A DNA stretch of 64,000 bases from Adineta vaga (taxonomy: Eukaryota; Animalia; Rotifera), in assembly GCA_021613535.1 (NCBI GenBank), contig CP075497.1, forward strand, positions 5,022,001 to 5,086,000, in the 5' to 3' direction. The notes beneath the pieces were generated by a model. It had not been told where the DNA came from, did not search any database, and was given only the letters and a program-made list of their open reading frames with translations. The first letter of the stretch is position 1; the number at the start of each line of letters is the position of its first letter. Of this stretch, positions 42,623 to 56,672 are shown piece after piece. The translations under genes were made by a program, and so were the position numbers.

Positions 42623-44158
42623 ATGAACCTTGGAAAATTATTTGGTAAAAAAAGTAAATCTAAATCAACTCAAAATTTTAATGATAGTGAAAAGTAAGTT
42701 GGAAACTAGTCATCGAAATCATATTTAATTCTTTATAGATTTGACACCAATGTTACAACTACTAGTCAAACACGAGAGAAACGAAATGTTCGTGAACGTA
42801 TTCATTCAGAAGCAATTCTTAATGTTTATCCGGTCGATAGTTCTACACTTCTAACTGGTAGTCAAGATCGAGTAGGTGACTTTCTGATGATTTTCTATCG
42901 TTAGAGAACGATTAATCATATCCTCATAGACATTGGTTTTATATGATCTGATCAATCATCGTATTTCTCGTCGATGGACTGGTCATGAACATGATGTTGT
43001 GAAAGTTCTCTATGGACGTTTAGTACATTTGATTGTTAGTGCATCACGTGATCGAACTATTCAATTTTGGAATACAAATTCAGATCAACCTGTGCAAAAA
43101 TTACTTGGCCATGAACTTGTTGTAACAGCTATTGATTTTAATCCAGGTAAATCTTTTCGCAATACTAGAAATATGGTATTGATTAGTTTTTTTTATAGAA
43201 AATACAATGCTGGTTAGTGGTAGTCGTGATAATAAAGTTCTTTTTTGGGATGTAAAAACTGGACAAATATTAAAAACAATTATGATCGGACGAAATTTAG
43301 TAGGTTTTTTCTTAAGTTTTACAAAATGAAGATAATTCGATTTTTCTTCTCTACGAAAATATAGATAACTGATGTTAAATGGTCTTATGATGGAACTTTT
43401 ATTGCTCAAACAGGCGAAGATAAAGAAAATAAGTCTGAATTGATATCATTTATCAACAAACGAATATCTTTCCTTTTATCTTCTAGAATGTATGATGCTC
43501 GAAGTATGACACAAGTTGTTTCATTTCCGAAAAAGCAATATATTCAAACATCCTGTGATATTTCACATGATAATCAGTATTTAGTAAGTATTTTCAAGCG
43601 ACACCAATTGCAATCTCTTTTTTGCCAATTGATAGATATCAACAAGTAATGGATTTAATGGTAGTGGAGCTGAAATATCGGTAAGTGCCTATTTGTTTCG
43701 AAATGATTCCATGAAATGAATTGTTTTCTTTCTTCAAATAGTTATGGGACATTAGACAACGAAAATTATTAACAGAATTTTATGGTCATCGAGCAACAGT
43801 GAATAGTGGACGTTTTATTGATCAAACAGGATCAACAATTATTTCATGCAGTAATGATGGTCGAGCAATTCTTTGGAATGTTCAAAAGAATTGTAAGAAA
43901 ATGCAATTTACTGATGAAAATTTCAGTTTTTAAATCGATCTATTCTTTCAGCAATATTTGCTGATCTTGATGTTGATAATGCAACACCACTTACATCCAT
44001 TACTGCAATGAATGCTCAAAAGTAAGATTACAAGTGTAATTTCATTTTGATATAATAAATCAAGATTTATTTTTAGTTTTGCAACAAGTGGATTAAATGG
44101 ACGACTTAATATTATTCAACACAATCATCGTCAGTTACAAATGATTGATCAAATTTGA
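42623..44158 (+). CDS. WDR31: WD40 repeat protein, WDR31-like
   Basis: LLTGSQDR-TLVLYD, GHEHDVVKV, SASRDRTIQFW, GHELVVTAI, SGSRDNKVLFWD, AQTGEDK, SNGFNGSGAE, GHRATV. Confidence 0.8.
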
Positions 44159-44395
44159 TTTCGACATGATTGTTTTTTCTGCTTCTAGTCTTTTACTTAA
44201 AACCTTGAAATGTTTTTCTATCTTAAAGAAAAATAAATTATTTTGCTATATCATTTTCAATATAGTTGATCAAATATTGATATATGTTACTAATGAAGTG
44301 ATTTTTTTTTATGTTGGAGAAGTTTTTTTGACTTGAAGTGAAAGTTGATCTTAGCATTGTGTGTATGGAAAGAAACGGATATGTTGATTTGATCG

Positions 44396-45446
44396 ATGAA
44401 AAGAAAAAGGAGAAATTTAAAGATGTTGTCGAATAAAAGTAGATGGATGCCCGAATTGACTGAAGAGTCTGAGAATAACATTCAGGTGTTAAGTAAGAAT
44501 CTCTCGAGAAGTTCGACTTTTGAACAAATATACAGCAGTCATAGTAGTAGTGAGAGTACGAAAAGTAAAATGGATGGAAGACGTATTTATTGTTCTGGTC
44601 GAGATCTTCATACCATCAGTGCGGTTAGTTAAATAGATTTCTTTGAAATAAGATTAAAACGTTTTGTTTTTAATTTCTTAGGATGTTTTTGCTTATCCTG
44701 ATATATCCTATTTGGAATTAAGTCCAACACGTGAAGCTTGTCTGAATTTTAAATTGAATGAATTACCAACAGCTATTGGTCGTTTAACTGAATTACGCAT
44801 TCTTATTTTGGATACAAATAATCTACATACATTACCGAATGAATTATGTAATTTATGTGAATTACTTATACTTGTTCTTTCGAATAATTCATTAAGTAAT
44901 TTACCGAATGCAATTGGTAATCTGGAACAATTGGAAAGTATTCATTTAGCAAATAATCGTCTTCGTGATCTTCCATCTTCATTTTTTCATTTGAAAAATT
45001 TAACATTTCTCGATTTAACAAGTAATAAATTACGTCAAATACCAGATGGTATTGGTCAATTGACGCAATTACAATCACTTTTACTCTATGACAATCGTCT
45101 ACGTTTAATTCCAGATTCAATTGGTATGTTGAAAAATTTAACCACACTTTGGCTTGGACGTAATCGATTACGTACATTACCACGTACTTTAACTCAACTG
45201 AAACAACTCGACTGGAGACATAATTATTTATCGACAATGCTTGATGATAATCCATTAGTTAATCCACCAATATCAATTTGTCGTTTAGGTTTTTCTGCTA
45301 TTGACAGATGGCATCAAAAGAATTCATCTGTTGGTACATTGAATCTTGATGATGTACAACAAAATAATGATGAAGAAAGTTCAATAGGAGGAGGTGAAAC
45401 AACAAGTCGATTTTCAGTACGAATATCGACAGAATTCTATGCTTAA
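44396..45446 (+). CDS. Leucine-rich repeat protein (typical 23-aa LRRs), two exons
   Basis: About seven LxxLxLxxNxLxxLPxxIG repeats with a DNPLVNPP cap; intron about 44624-44681. Start could be 44396 or 44423. Confidence 0.88.
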
Positions 45447-46162
45447 TTGAACAATACATATAATCAATTTTTGAAAATATTATAATGATGATGATTGTAT
45501 GTCGTAATAAATATGTAAGATTTCATATTATGCTATGATCTAAATATAGAAAATAGCCTGTTGCTTTGCATTTTTGTCAAATCAAAATCGAAAGAGAGGA
45601 AGCAAAACTGAAATCGATTTTCTTTGTAAGAATCCGTTCGTGTCGTTGTTGATGCTTTACAGTGACAAAAGTAAACATACAGCATGGACGAAAAGATTTC
45701 ATTATGATCGCGTCGTTTTTTAAAGAGAAACTATATTATTGTAATGCAAATATAAGACTTATATCAACGAAAAAGTCGCTATTTTTATGAGTTAATAGCA
45801 AATAATCTGTTCGAATTTTAATTAGTTTCGAAGCAGACATTATAGGATTTAGTTAGCTAATAATAAAAGGAGAAATTTTTTGAACATTCACAAGAAAGAT
45901 TCAACGAAAATGTCGTGTGTAAGCTTTGTTATTTATTACGAAAGCAAACATATCGATAAGAAAATGGAACATTCATAGCAACAATTGGTAGTTACTGTTC
46001 TTTGCTCTTTGTTTTTTTTATGTCGTCAGAATATTTTTCCTTGCCGATGACATCAGCTTATAACATAATCGTCAGTGAAATTTTGTAAATATATTACTTA
46101 TGTCTAATAAATATGAAAAAGCTTCATAATCTAATATTTTTTTTCGTCTAATCATCAAACAG

Positions 46163-47139
46163 ATGGCAAACAGCGTACAGCATATATCGACCGTAGAGGT
46201 AATTGCTTATGATGAAGGTACAAAACCAGTTCAAATTCTTTATAATACATGGGCACCCCGACCACACTTTATTATTGTACAACGTCAACCAAAACAAGAT
46301 GCTACTCGTGATGACTTTCAAGCAACGTTTGAAATAATTGGTCTATTTCTTGTTCAAAATTCACAGTTTGCTGATGAAGCTATACTATCCATTCATTGTG
46401 GTAGTTGGTATCAAATGCATGCACCGAAATGGCATGTTCGTCTATGTGTTCCTGAAAAGCCTTACTTAGAAAATGCTAAGAAGCATGTAAATCATTTACT
46501 GTTTTTCTCAATCATTGTCTGACTAAGTGTTAGTAATACAATTTGAGAAATTCTTTTTTTTTTCATTTTATTCAGATTACAGAAATTCCAAACAACAAAC
46601 CATGGCAAGATGCTAGATCGGTTGAAGAAGCCATGAGTAATTGGTTTAGAAAGAATCAAATTAATTATACAAAATACAAGAATGAATGCATTCTCAAAAA
46701 CATTCCAGATCATACATCAGTCGAGTCTATTCCTCTTTCAACATTTAATTCTACATCAAATGAATTTACACTTGTTTGGCTGCCATCTACACCACGTATT
46801 GGTATAGTAGCTCAATCTCCTGGTCATACCAAACTAGCCTCTTTATATGAATTCATGGAAAAAACTCGTGTCGACATGGAAAAAAAGCTTTCTGATTGTG
46901 ATCCAAGCTTTGCTGAATTTGGTTGTCATCTTTGTTTATATGTTCATGGCCAATTAGACACAGTCATAACACCTAGATCAGGTCGAATTTTTAAGGAGAA
47001 TGGAGAAATAACTGAAAATCCTAATATTGTTGGTTATATTCAAATGGATGAATCTCAATATGTTACATGGTTACCACATAATTTAAGACGCACTTGGCTC
47101 GATGAATTCGGTCGTGTCGACCATTTCGTCCGAACATGA
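46163..47139 (+). CDS. Orphan 295-aa two-exon protein, possible degenerate HIT-like fold
   Basis: Exon 46163-46486, GT-AG intron 46487-46575 and exon 46576-47139 join in frame. Globular composition; PRPHFIIV and SIHCGSWYQMHAPKWHVRL loosely recall HIT-fold strands. Confidence 0.75.
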
Positions 47140-47672
47140 TGAAACCAAACATATGAATGTCTTTGTGGTTTTTTGAACACTCAGAATTTTAACAGAATAT
47201 AATCACGAAATTTTTATCAATAATAAATTTAGATGATATTTATCGTTTCCTAAATACTTTTCATTTGAATGTACTTGGATTAAAGCAATACAATAAATCA
47301 TGTAACAACTGTTTTATAATCAGCTATTTGAAGAAAAGAAATGTTTAACTCTTAAATTCTATAATAACATTCATTTTTTTGCAATAAACATAAACATTAT
47401 TAAAAAGATTTTATATTTGATTTTTGTCCTACATTGTTTTTTGTACTATACAAGCAATTATAGAATAATAACAGTAAATGAAAACAAAAAGAAAAGAAAA
47501 AAATTACTGAAATTCAATACATTATGTCTAAAATAAACAGTGTAGGTACAGTTAAAGTCATTTTTTGTACGGACGATAAGAAATAACTGGATAATATGCA
47601 GCAGCTTGCCTTGTAGGATAGGCATTCTAAAACGAACAATACATTCAATGTAGTTCATGAAAATTCTATATG

Positions 47673-49690
47673 CTAACTTACGACTGGAGCTACTTTGTGT
47701 GTTGTCGGTACAGAATATCCTGTTTCAATAGAATAGTTTGAAAAGGCTGAAGCTGCTGCTATTTTTGGTAGAAAGGGAGTTGGACTGGTTTTAATGAATT
47801 GAACATTAGAAGGATGAGTGTGTGGTATACCATTCTGCCCCATTGTTGAAAGCGTATGATAATAAACTTGTGGTTGATTGTATTGAGGATAGGGATAAAT
47901 TGGATGTATATGTTTCGATTTCGTATTTGTTCTGTTTTGTATGGAAGGTTTTTTAATTGATTGACCTTGAATTCGAGTATCAATCAATGATTGAGCTTTT
48001 GCCGGAGGATGAAGAAGCTAAAAAGATTTAATTTATTAATAAAAACAATTTATGATAATAAAAAAATGATTACTCGATGAAAATTAGGTTCAAATATTTG
48101 TTGTTGGACAGTAGGTGGATTATAAATATTTGATCTAGTTGATGTAATTGGCTCATTATTACTCGATTTACTACTGCTAGAATCAGGTCGCGTATAATGA
48201 TCTTCACTCGATTTTGATACTTGAATATCGGTGTTCCATGAACTATCATTAACTATCTGTATTGGTGGATTGTCTTGATTTCTAAAAGTAACATTTCATT
48301 CTAATTATTTAAGGCTCTATCATAGAAATTTTATATTACTTAATAGTATCGAAATATGGATGCTGAAGAGCTTGTTCAGCTGTAATACGATGATCTGGAT
48401 CATAAACACATAATTGATTGAGTAAATCGATTGCATCCGATGAACAATGTGTTAAACGACGAGCCATACCAGTACCACGACGTGGAGGAAAATTAAAATC
48501 AACTGCTGTATTTCGACTGAAACCAGAATATTTTGAATTTATTTTGTCAAAGTAAAATTTCATAGAACTAACTGTTGAAACTTTTCTAATGTACTTGGTG
48601 ATGGTGTACCTAAGACATCATGGATTTTACTAATCTGATCTAATTCATTTGTGCCTGGAAAAAGTGGTCGAAGTGTAGATATTTCATACATAACACAACC
48701 TTTTTTTTTCAACAGAAAATAAACAAAATCATTATAAATCTATTGACGAATATTTGAAATTTACCAGCTGACCAGATATCTGTTAGATCACGATAATATC
48801 CATTTGTTAATAAACATTCAGGTGCTCGATACCTATTTAAAATGAAATGAAGAAAAAAAAACAATATGAAATTGAATATAATTTACCATCTAGTTGAAAT
48901 GTATTCAGTAAATGGTTGTTTTGAATAAGTTTGTCGACATGAACCAAAATCAGCGAGTTTTAAAGTATCATCTTTAATCAGAATATTTTCGGGTTTAACC
49001 TAATCATAGGATGAAGAAGAAGAGAAAATAATTTTCTCATATTCATCGATTGAAACTCACATCTCTATGAAAGAAATTATGTCTGAAATCAATGAAAAAA
49101 AACTCGATTATTTATTTTGAAGAAAGTTGTTTTGTTTTTTTAAATTACCGATGCAGAAATTCCAAAGCTTTGATTAGTTGGTACATAAATTTACATACAA
49201 CTTCATTTGATAACAATCGTTGTCGTCCACGAATATATTCATATAAATTCATTGTCATCAATTCAAATATTAAACAAAGAGCACCAGTTCGTTTATCACT
49301 ATCAAAATATCGATAGTTCAAAGACGAGAAAACAACTTCTTTTCTTAACTTACAAAATAATTTCACGAAGAAAAATTATATTCGGATGACCATTCAATTG
49401 TCTAAGTACACGTATTTCACGTATTTGTTGAATGTCGTCCATACTAAACAAAACAATAATGACGATCAAACAAAACGAAATTCTTGGACTTTCGAATTCA
49501 TACTTTTTATATGTCTGTTTCATTTTCTTTGCTGCCCAAAGTGTTCCATCTCGTATATATTGACATTTTAATACTTCCGAAAAAGTACCTTCACCTTTCT
49601 TTCCAAGTATTCGATATCCTAGAAAATAATTGATTAAACATGATTTAAATATCTTCTTTTTTTAAAAAATTTTATTCGCTTACTTTCCAT
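47673..49690 (-). CDS. MOK: MAPK/MAK/MRK overlapping kinase (MOK/RAGE)
   Basis: KKGEGTFSEVLK, HPNI, LIFELM, FHRDVKPENILI, KLADFGSCR, PFTEYISTRWYRAPECLLT, PLFPGTNELDQISKIH. Confidence 0.92.
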
Positions 49691-50262
49691 TGAAAAGTGA
49701 ATGATCACCGGTAATTAATATTCGACTAAAAAATTACCTTTCATAATCTTCAGCATACATCTAAAGAGAGAACAAATGATTTTTCTATTTTCAAAGGTAA
49801 TGTTCAAGAGATTGAAGCATTACAACTGCTTCGTATGTCATATTTTCTTTTTCAATTGCCACAAGTAAGGAATTTATTGAAAAAATCTTTGCAGAATAGA
49901 GAAACAGAAAGATGTAAAAAGAAGAAGAAGAAGAAGAAGAAGGGTAAAAACGAACGAGCACTTCATCCATATAAACATGCAAAGAAGGTTATTTTTTGCT
50001 GTTGTTGCTCCTGTAAGAATAATAACAAGAGATTGCATACGTCTTAAAGATGCTTATCATTCCTTTTAAATTTTACACCTTTCAATCGATCAATATAGTT
50101 TTATTTTTCTTAGTTATATTTACTTGACAACTAAACTATGAAGCAAGAGATTCGATCATTCTACAACTATTTATCTATTATAATAAGGAAGCAAAAATTG
50201 AATTAATACAATCGTAGTAGTATTTCTTTCTTCTTCATTTACTTTCAATCATGATTTGTGTT

Positions 50263-50276
50263 GTTACTAAGGTAAC
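50263..50276. promoter_or_regulatory. RFX X-box upstream of MOK
   Basis: GTTACTAAGGTAAC; its reverse complement GTTACCTTAGTAAC fits RTHNYYWTRRNRAC at all 14 positions. It lies within the near-palindrome TTGTTAC-TAAG-GTAACAA. Confidence 0.6.
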
Positions 50277-50450
50277 AATGATTTCTTTCTTTATTCTCTA
50301 CTACAATGCATAGGTGTTATACGCGAGAAGAAGAAAGAATCGGTATAATATTAGATGAAATGTATATCAATATCAGTTTGTTTTATATCATAAGAACCTT
50401 TTTTTTATTCATATAAAAAATTTCAATAAAACTACCCTATCCTTCTTCCT

Positions 50451-51948
50451 TTAACTATTATTTTTTTGGAAGATTCGCATAAAATCAACAAGTTGACTTG
50501 TCTCTTGTAAACTAATACCGTTGTAAAGACTAATACGAATACCACCGACAGCACGATGACCTTTTAACTCAATCATATTCGATTTCGTTGCTTCACTAAG
50601 AAAGGCTGATTCAAGTTTTTCATTTGCTGTACCATCTTTCATGATGCGTAGCGGAATATTCACACGACTGCGACATTTTTTATCGATATTATTCACGTAA
50701 AATCCATTCGAATCATCGATCGTTTCGTACACAAGCATTGATTTCTTTTCTGAAAGTTGATTCATTGCTTTCAAACCACCTTGTCGTTTTGTCCATTGAA
50801 ACACTTTGTTTGCAACATAGATTCTAAAACCAAAATCAACAGATATGTTACAGTATGAAAATCAAGTCGTTCTTTTCGTCATACGAAAATGTTGGTGGTG
50901 TATTGTACATTGATGCATTGGCAATTTGTACTTTATAATCGAAAATAACTGGAATGGATTTGTTTGTACTTTTCTCGATAAGATCTTTTCGTGCAATGAC
51001 AAGAACAAGACCACTTGCACCGAAATTCTTTTGTGCACTTGCAAAGATAACACTGAACTAGTGGAAATGTAAAAGATCACAGTGAGAGATATCAACGATA
51101 GTTTAGATTCAATTTTACTTTTGTCACATCGATTGGTCGAGTGAGAAAATTCGATGACATATCACAGATGATTGGTAGTGTCTTTTGGCACAATCGAAGG
51201 AATAGCATCAAATTCAATGCCATGAATTGTTTCATTCGAACAATAATAGAAGTAAGATGAATTATCTGTTAATTTCCATGTGTTTTCAGCTGGCACATCT
51301 ATGTAATGATAAGCAGTTTAATAAACAATTGAATGTTTATCATATGAAGTGATACCTTTGTATTTGTCTTGTTTTGGTACAACCCAGTTCACTTTACCGA
51401 ATTTCTCAGCTTCTTTCGCAGCTTTTTCTGACCAATATCCAGTAACAAGATAATCAGCTGTTTGTGATGGTTTTAAGTTAAGAAAGTTCATTGGAATAGC
51501 ACTGAATTGAGCTGTAGCACCACCTTGTAGAAAAAGAACAGCATATGATTCAGGTATCGATCTAAATTAACATTGAAGTGATTCGAGATTTTTGAAAAAA
51601 GAAGAGAAAAGAATATTGTTACAGAATATCACGAATATCTTGTTCAGCTTCTTGAATGATTTTAGCAAATGCTGATGATCGATGACTGAGTTCTACGAAT
51701 GAAAAAAAACGTTTTGAAACTTCATCAAAAAATAGTTTTACCCATGATATTTGATCCTGATCCATTATAGTTCAAAAATTCAGCTTGAACATTTTTCAGT
51801 ACCTAGAAAAACAACATCTAATAGATAGATATTCGGAGAAGATGAAATTTAACTATACTTCAAGTGGTAATTGAGCAGGTCCTGCACCAAAATTCATTTT
51901 ACGTTGAGAACTTTCAGAATGTCCATTAGTACAAGAATCGTTCGTCAT
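50451..51948 (-). CDS. PSAT1: Phosphoserine aminotransferase
   Basis: [62 protein letters not shown] (PLP lysine), [23 protein letters not shown]. Confidence 0.96.
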
Positions 51949-52655
51949 TTTTGAAGATGTAATTCAATCTAGTTCTGATAAGTTAGTTTGGAAGATTCAG
52001 TATTAGTAAAGAATAGAAAAACGATGTATGTTTGTGTAAACAACAACTATGGCACGTGTATTATAAACTATGGAAGAGTGAAGAATGGATAATAGGAGAA
52101 AACTATCATTCGGATAACTTCGAATCATAAAATTTCATTCAACTATCGATGATAATCTTGTCTTTTGAAATAGTTTATTGTCAAAACAAAATATTGACTA
52201 AGCTCTCATTCGTTTTGTCTTCATTATCGAAAATAATCTCATTAGATAAATAGTTCCGAGTGTATCACAAACGTTCGTTATCACATGATGATTATCTCGT
52301 TGCCCTCTTGATTTTCTCATTGATTTATTAAAAAATTACCATTGTTTAATTTCCGTTTAAAGAAACAAGTGTTCCTGTCTCGTCTACATATTTCATCTAT
52401 TTGTTGATTGACGATAGATTGAACCACTTTAGACTCTTTTTTTGATCAATTTAGTTCTTCCTGTTCGAACATATTTCAAACATCTGTTCAAGATTTCGCC
52501 TTCTTTTGTTTTCTTTCTTTCTTTCTTTATTCGTTATTTCAACGAAGAAAAGAAAGAGACACCGAAAAATTTCAACTGTACAAGAGAAAAAAAGAGCAAA
52601 AAAAAGTCCATTAACAACAAAACACACATACACACACTTAAACAAAACATAATGG

Positions 52656-55600
52656 TTAAATAAATGTATCATTTGGATCATTTTGTAAAATAGTTGTCGT
52701 AGTTGTACCCGTTCTCAATTGTCGAATCGTTGTACTCAGATGTGGATATGAACGTGTTTGTTCAGCAATTCTTTGTTGGCAACCAAATCGTACTTGTTTT
52801 GGCGATTGTTGACCGTTTGATGTTAAAGATGAAGACATTGTTCGTCGACCAGTACTATTGCTACTTGTTGTACTACCATTAATTTCCAATGTACGATATG
52901 AATTTACATCAATAAATGTTGATGTATTGTAATTTTTTTTCGTTATTGGCGTCGTTTTCGATCCTTTATATAACCATTCTGGATAGAGAATTTTTTCAAT
53001 TGACCATTGATTATTACCATCAATGATTGATCTTTGTTGTTGTTGTTGTTGATCATCAGTCCATTCATCAACATCTATGCAATAATATAATAAAAAAACG
53101 AATTGTAAAGTAAAAAAAAGATGAATATCCCACCTTCTTCATGTTTACTACTATTGCTATAATAGTCACTGGTCGTTTGATTTAATTTTATTGTTGATGA
53201 TACTTCAGGATGATGATGATGGGGATGATTTTGCGTATATATATTTGCACCTATGTTAGAAAAGAGATATAATATTCAATCTTTGTTTTATTGATGTCTT
53301 CTATTCAATATACAACAGTATACGAAACAAAAGAACAAAGAGTAAAGAAAAGTAACACTCAATCTCTTGATTTAACGTCATAAAACAATTTAATACTTGA
53401 TTTATCTCATCAATGAAAATAGCCGCACCCATATTTACTGATCAAGATTTTCTTTTGTCACTTCACATCAATGGATTAATCACTTTCACATGTACAAATC
53501 TTTTTGCAAACGACATTGCTCTGTATAATAGATGTGTACACACCAATAATCATTCTTTTTCTTTTCTCTTTTTTGATCTTAATCTCGTCATGATAAAAGA
53601 TGTGTTTGCTACTGTTCAATCTTAGTGAAAAAGACATCAATGTGTGTGTGTGTGTCGATGGCGTGAGAGGGGATCATTTTTTCCGTCGTTCTTTGTTGGT
53701 TTATTAACGATCGAGACAATTAATTGTGGGTGAGAAAACGAATCCGATTTTTTTCCTATTCATTCGACAGTTTCAAGGTTGAATCAATCGAACTAATAGG
53801 AAGTTCCACGCGATGTCAATTACCTGTATAAGACGGCGATGATGAATGATCGATAAGACGTTTTTGATGAAGATTTTCCTGGATAGAAAAAAAAAAAGGA
53901 ATTATTTGTCGATAGAATAACAACAGGTGACAAGAAAAAAAATGATTGATCTTACCAAACTTAATTTCGATGAATTTGAACTTGAATTTTTCTCATCGAA
54001 ATCTGTCAATCGATTTGTAACAATAATCATTGTCGGATCATGTGGATCATGACCATTATTGTTCACTGCTTGTGCTGCTTTACGTTTAATATAATAAAGA
54101 TATTTTTGTTTGCGATAACGACAAAGAAATATGACGATCATACAAACAATAAAAGCCAAAATAATAGCCAATGAAATAAAAAAACTTGATAATAAAAACA
54201 TACGTTTTGTTGTTGAAAATGAATTTATTTTAAAAAAATGATCATCATGATGTAAATCATAAAATAAACTTCCATTGGTTTTATTATCATTAATTAATAA
54301 ATAAAATTGTATCAAAGATGAATGTTGAATAAGTTTACCGTTATCTCTTGCACGTATCAATAAACGATAACGTCCAATCGTAGCTGTTGAATTAAGTACT
54401 AATTCACCAGTATTTGATAGGATTAAAAATTCATCATTAGATGGATGAATTTCTTCGATAGAATAACTAACTAATCCATTTCCATTACTTTTATCATCAT
54501 TATCAATAGCTTCAAATTTGACAATTGTTGTTCCAATAGTTAATCGATCTTTATTGAGAATTAAAACAGTATTATTTTCTGAAGGTGTTTTCCATTGTGG
54601 TATACAATCATTAAGATCTAAAATTTGAATTGTTACAAGAATATTTGTTTGAAATTTTTGATCCGAAACAGTAACATTAAATTCATAGAAATCTTCAATT
54701 TCTCGATCAATTGAATTTCGAAAGAATAATTCTCCATTATCATTGATTCGAAATGGATATCGAAATTCTCTTTCATTCATAATTGAATAAGTTAATTTAC
54801 TATTCAAATCTAAATCATATGCACGAATAATACCAATGGGTTCTAAACTATTCGAATTTTCTTCAATAGTAAAATCATATTGATCATTGAGAAATCTTGG
54901 TTGATTGTCATTAACATCATTGATATCAATACGAACATGAACTTTTGATGATAAACTTGTTGGATAACCATGATCATGTGCAACGATATAAAAATCATAT
55001 CGATCTCGTTTTTCTCGATCTAATGATTTTGAACTGAAGAGTTTACCTGTATGTCCTTCGATATAGAATGGAAATGATGTTTCATTTGTGAGAATATCAT
55101 ATGTAATACGTCCATTTTCATTACTATCTGGACGAATGCTTCAATATGTGAAATGAAACTATTCTCTTGATTATTTTCATCGAGTTTTAAATGATAAAAT
55201 GAATGAATAAATCTTGGTGGATTATCATTTTCATCAAGAACGTGTATTGTTAGAATTTGACTGGTTTGTAAAGGTTTTTTCGGATCAAAATCTTGAGCAT
55301 AAAATATCAATCGATGCCATTGTTGACGTTCATAATCAAATGGTTGTGTTCGATTAAAAAAATACGTTGAATTATCAATTTGATAGAGATAAAATGATTG
55401 ATCAACATCTTTACGTTCATCGATAATTTCAAACCATAGACGTGTTTGTCCACGATAACTACTATCTTCATCAGTAACGATAATTTGTGCAAAGAATTTA
55501 TCAGTTGGATAACTTTCAGAAATTTCAATCAGATCTTTCGATGGATAATATGTAATTTCCGGAAGAAAACGAAAGGTAATCTTGGGTGCACAATCATTTT

Positions 55601-56672
55601 CATCCAAAATTGTAATATTTACTAATGTTTGAGAAGAACGTGATTCTTTACCTGAATCACGTGCTTGAATATAGAATATATATGATGATCGTTGTTCATA
55701 ATCTAATGGTGAACGAAGAGAAATTAGACCTGTCTGTTTATCAAGAGAAAATGTATTTGCAAATTGTTTTGAAGCATCAGTAAAATCATAAGTTATTTGT
55801 CCATTGAGACCAATATCAGCATCAATTGCATGCGCTTGAATAATCGTTGTATTGACTAAAGTATTTTCTGATAACTCGATTGAATATGTTTCACTTTCAA
55901 AACTAAGAAAAAATAAATAAACAAGTAAGTTTCGATTTAGTTCGTGATATTCTACTTACATCGGTGATTGATCATTGACATCATCAATAATGATTGTGAT
56001 ATGTAATTGTTCATCATGCCCTGCAGTATCGAGAACATGTAATGTACAATTATATGAATCAATACGTTCACGATCAAGTGGTTGAATAAGAACAAGTGCT
56101 AAACGATTTGATACATCAACATTAGTTTCAAGACGAAAAGGAAATGTTTTTTCAATATTTTTTAATTGATATTGTAGTTGTTTTTGATTATCGATTTGAT
56201 CTTGATCGTAAGCTTGTTGAATAAATAATTTCGATTGATATGGAGGAGAATTTTCTGATATATGTAATTGAATTGTTGATGATTCATAAGGAAATAATGG
56301 TCGATGATCATTCACATCTTCGATTAAAATCGGTATATGATAGAGTGTTTCATGAAATAATTCGAATATTTTCAATAAAAATTTACATTTGACATATCGA
56401 TGTGTACAAATCTTTTCTCGATCGATATCATTCGCAATATGTAATTGACCAGTTGAAGAATTTAATGAAAAATATTGTTGAAGTTCACGATGATTATTAC
56501 TAAGAAAACGATATGAAGATCTTTGCTGTGTTGTTGAACTATTTAATGTTAATAATAGATGACCCTTTGGCGTATGTTCAAGAATAATTATTTCAGATAA
56601 TTCAATTGGTACACAAAAAATATATGAGAAGGATAAAAGAATAAATAACAAGAAGAAATGATTTATCATCAT
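52656..56672 (-). CDS. Protocadherin (about six EC repeats, TM, cytoplasmic tail); 1-bp deletion near 55132
   Basis: Signal peptide, IDREKIC, repeated LDRE/LDYE, DxNDxxP and AxDxD motifs, TM FFISLAIILAFIVCMIVIFLC; cytoplasmic exons extend to 52656. Confidence 0.92.

Noticed and set aside
44866-45255. Antisense or alternative-frame ORFs over real exons (also 11940-12332, 12122-12307, 13255-13521, 39199-39718, 55307-55528)
   Set aside because: Shadows of coding or low-complexity sequence with no independent motifs.
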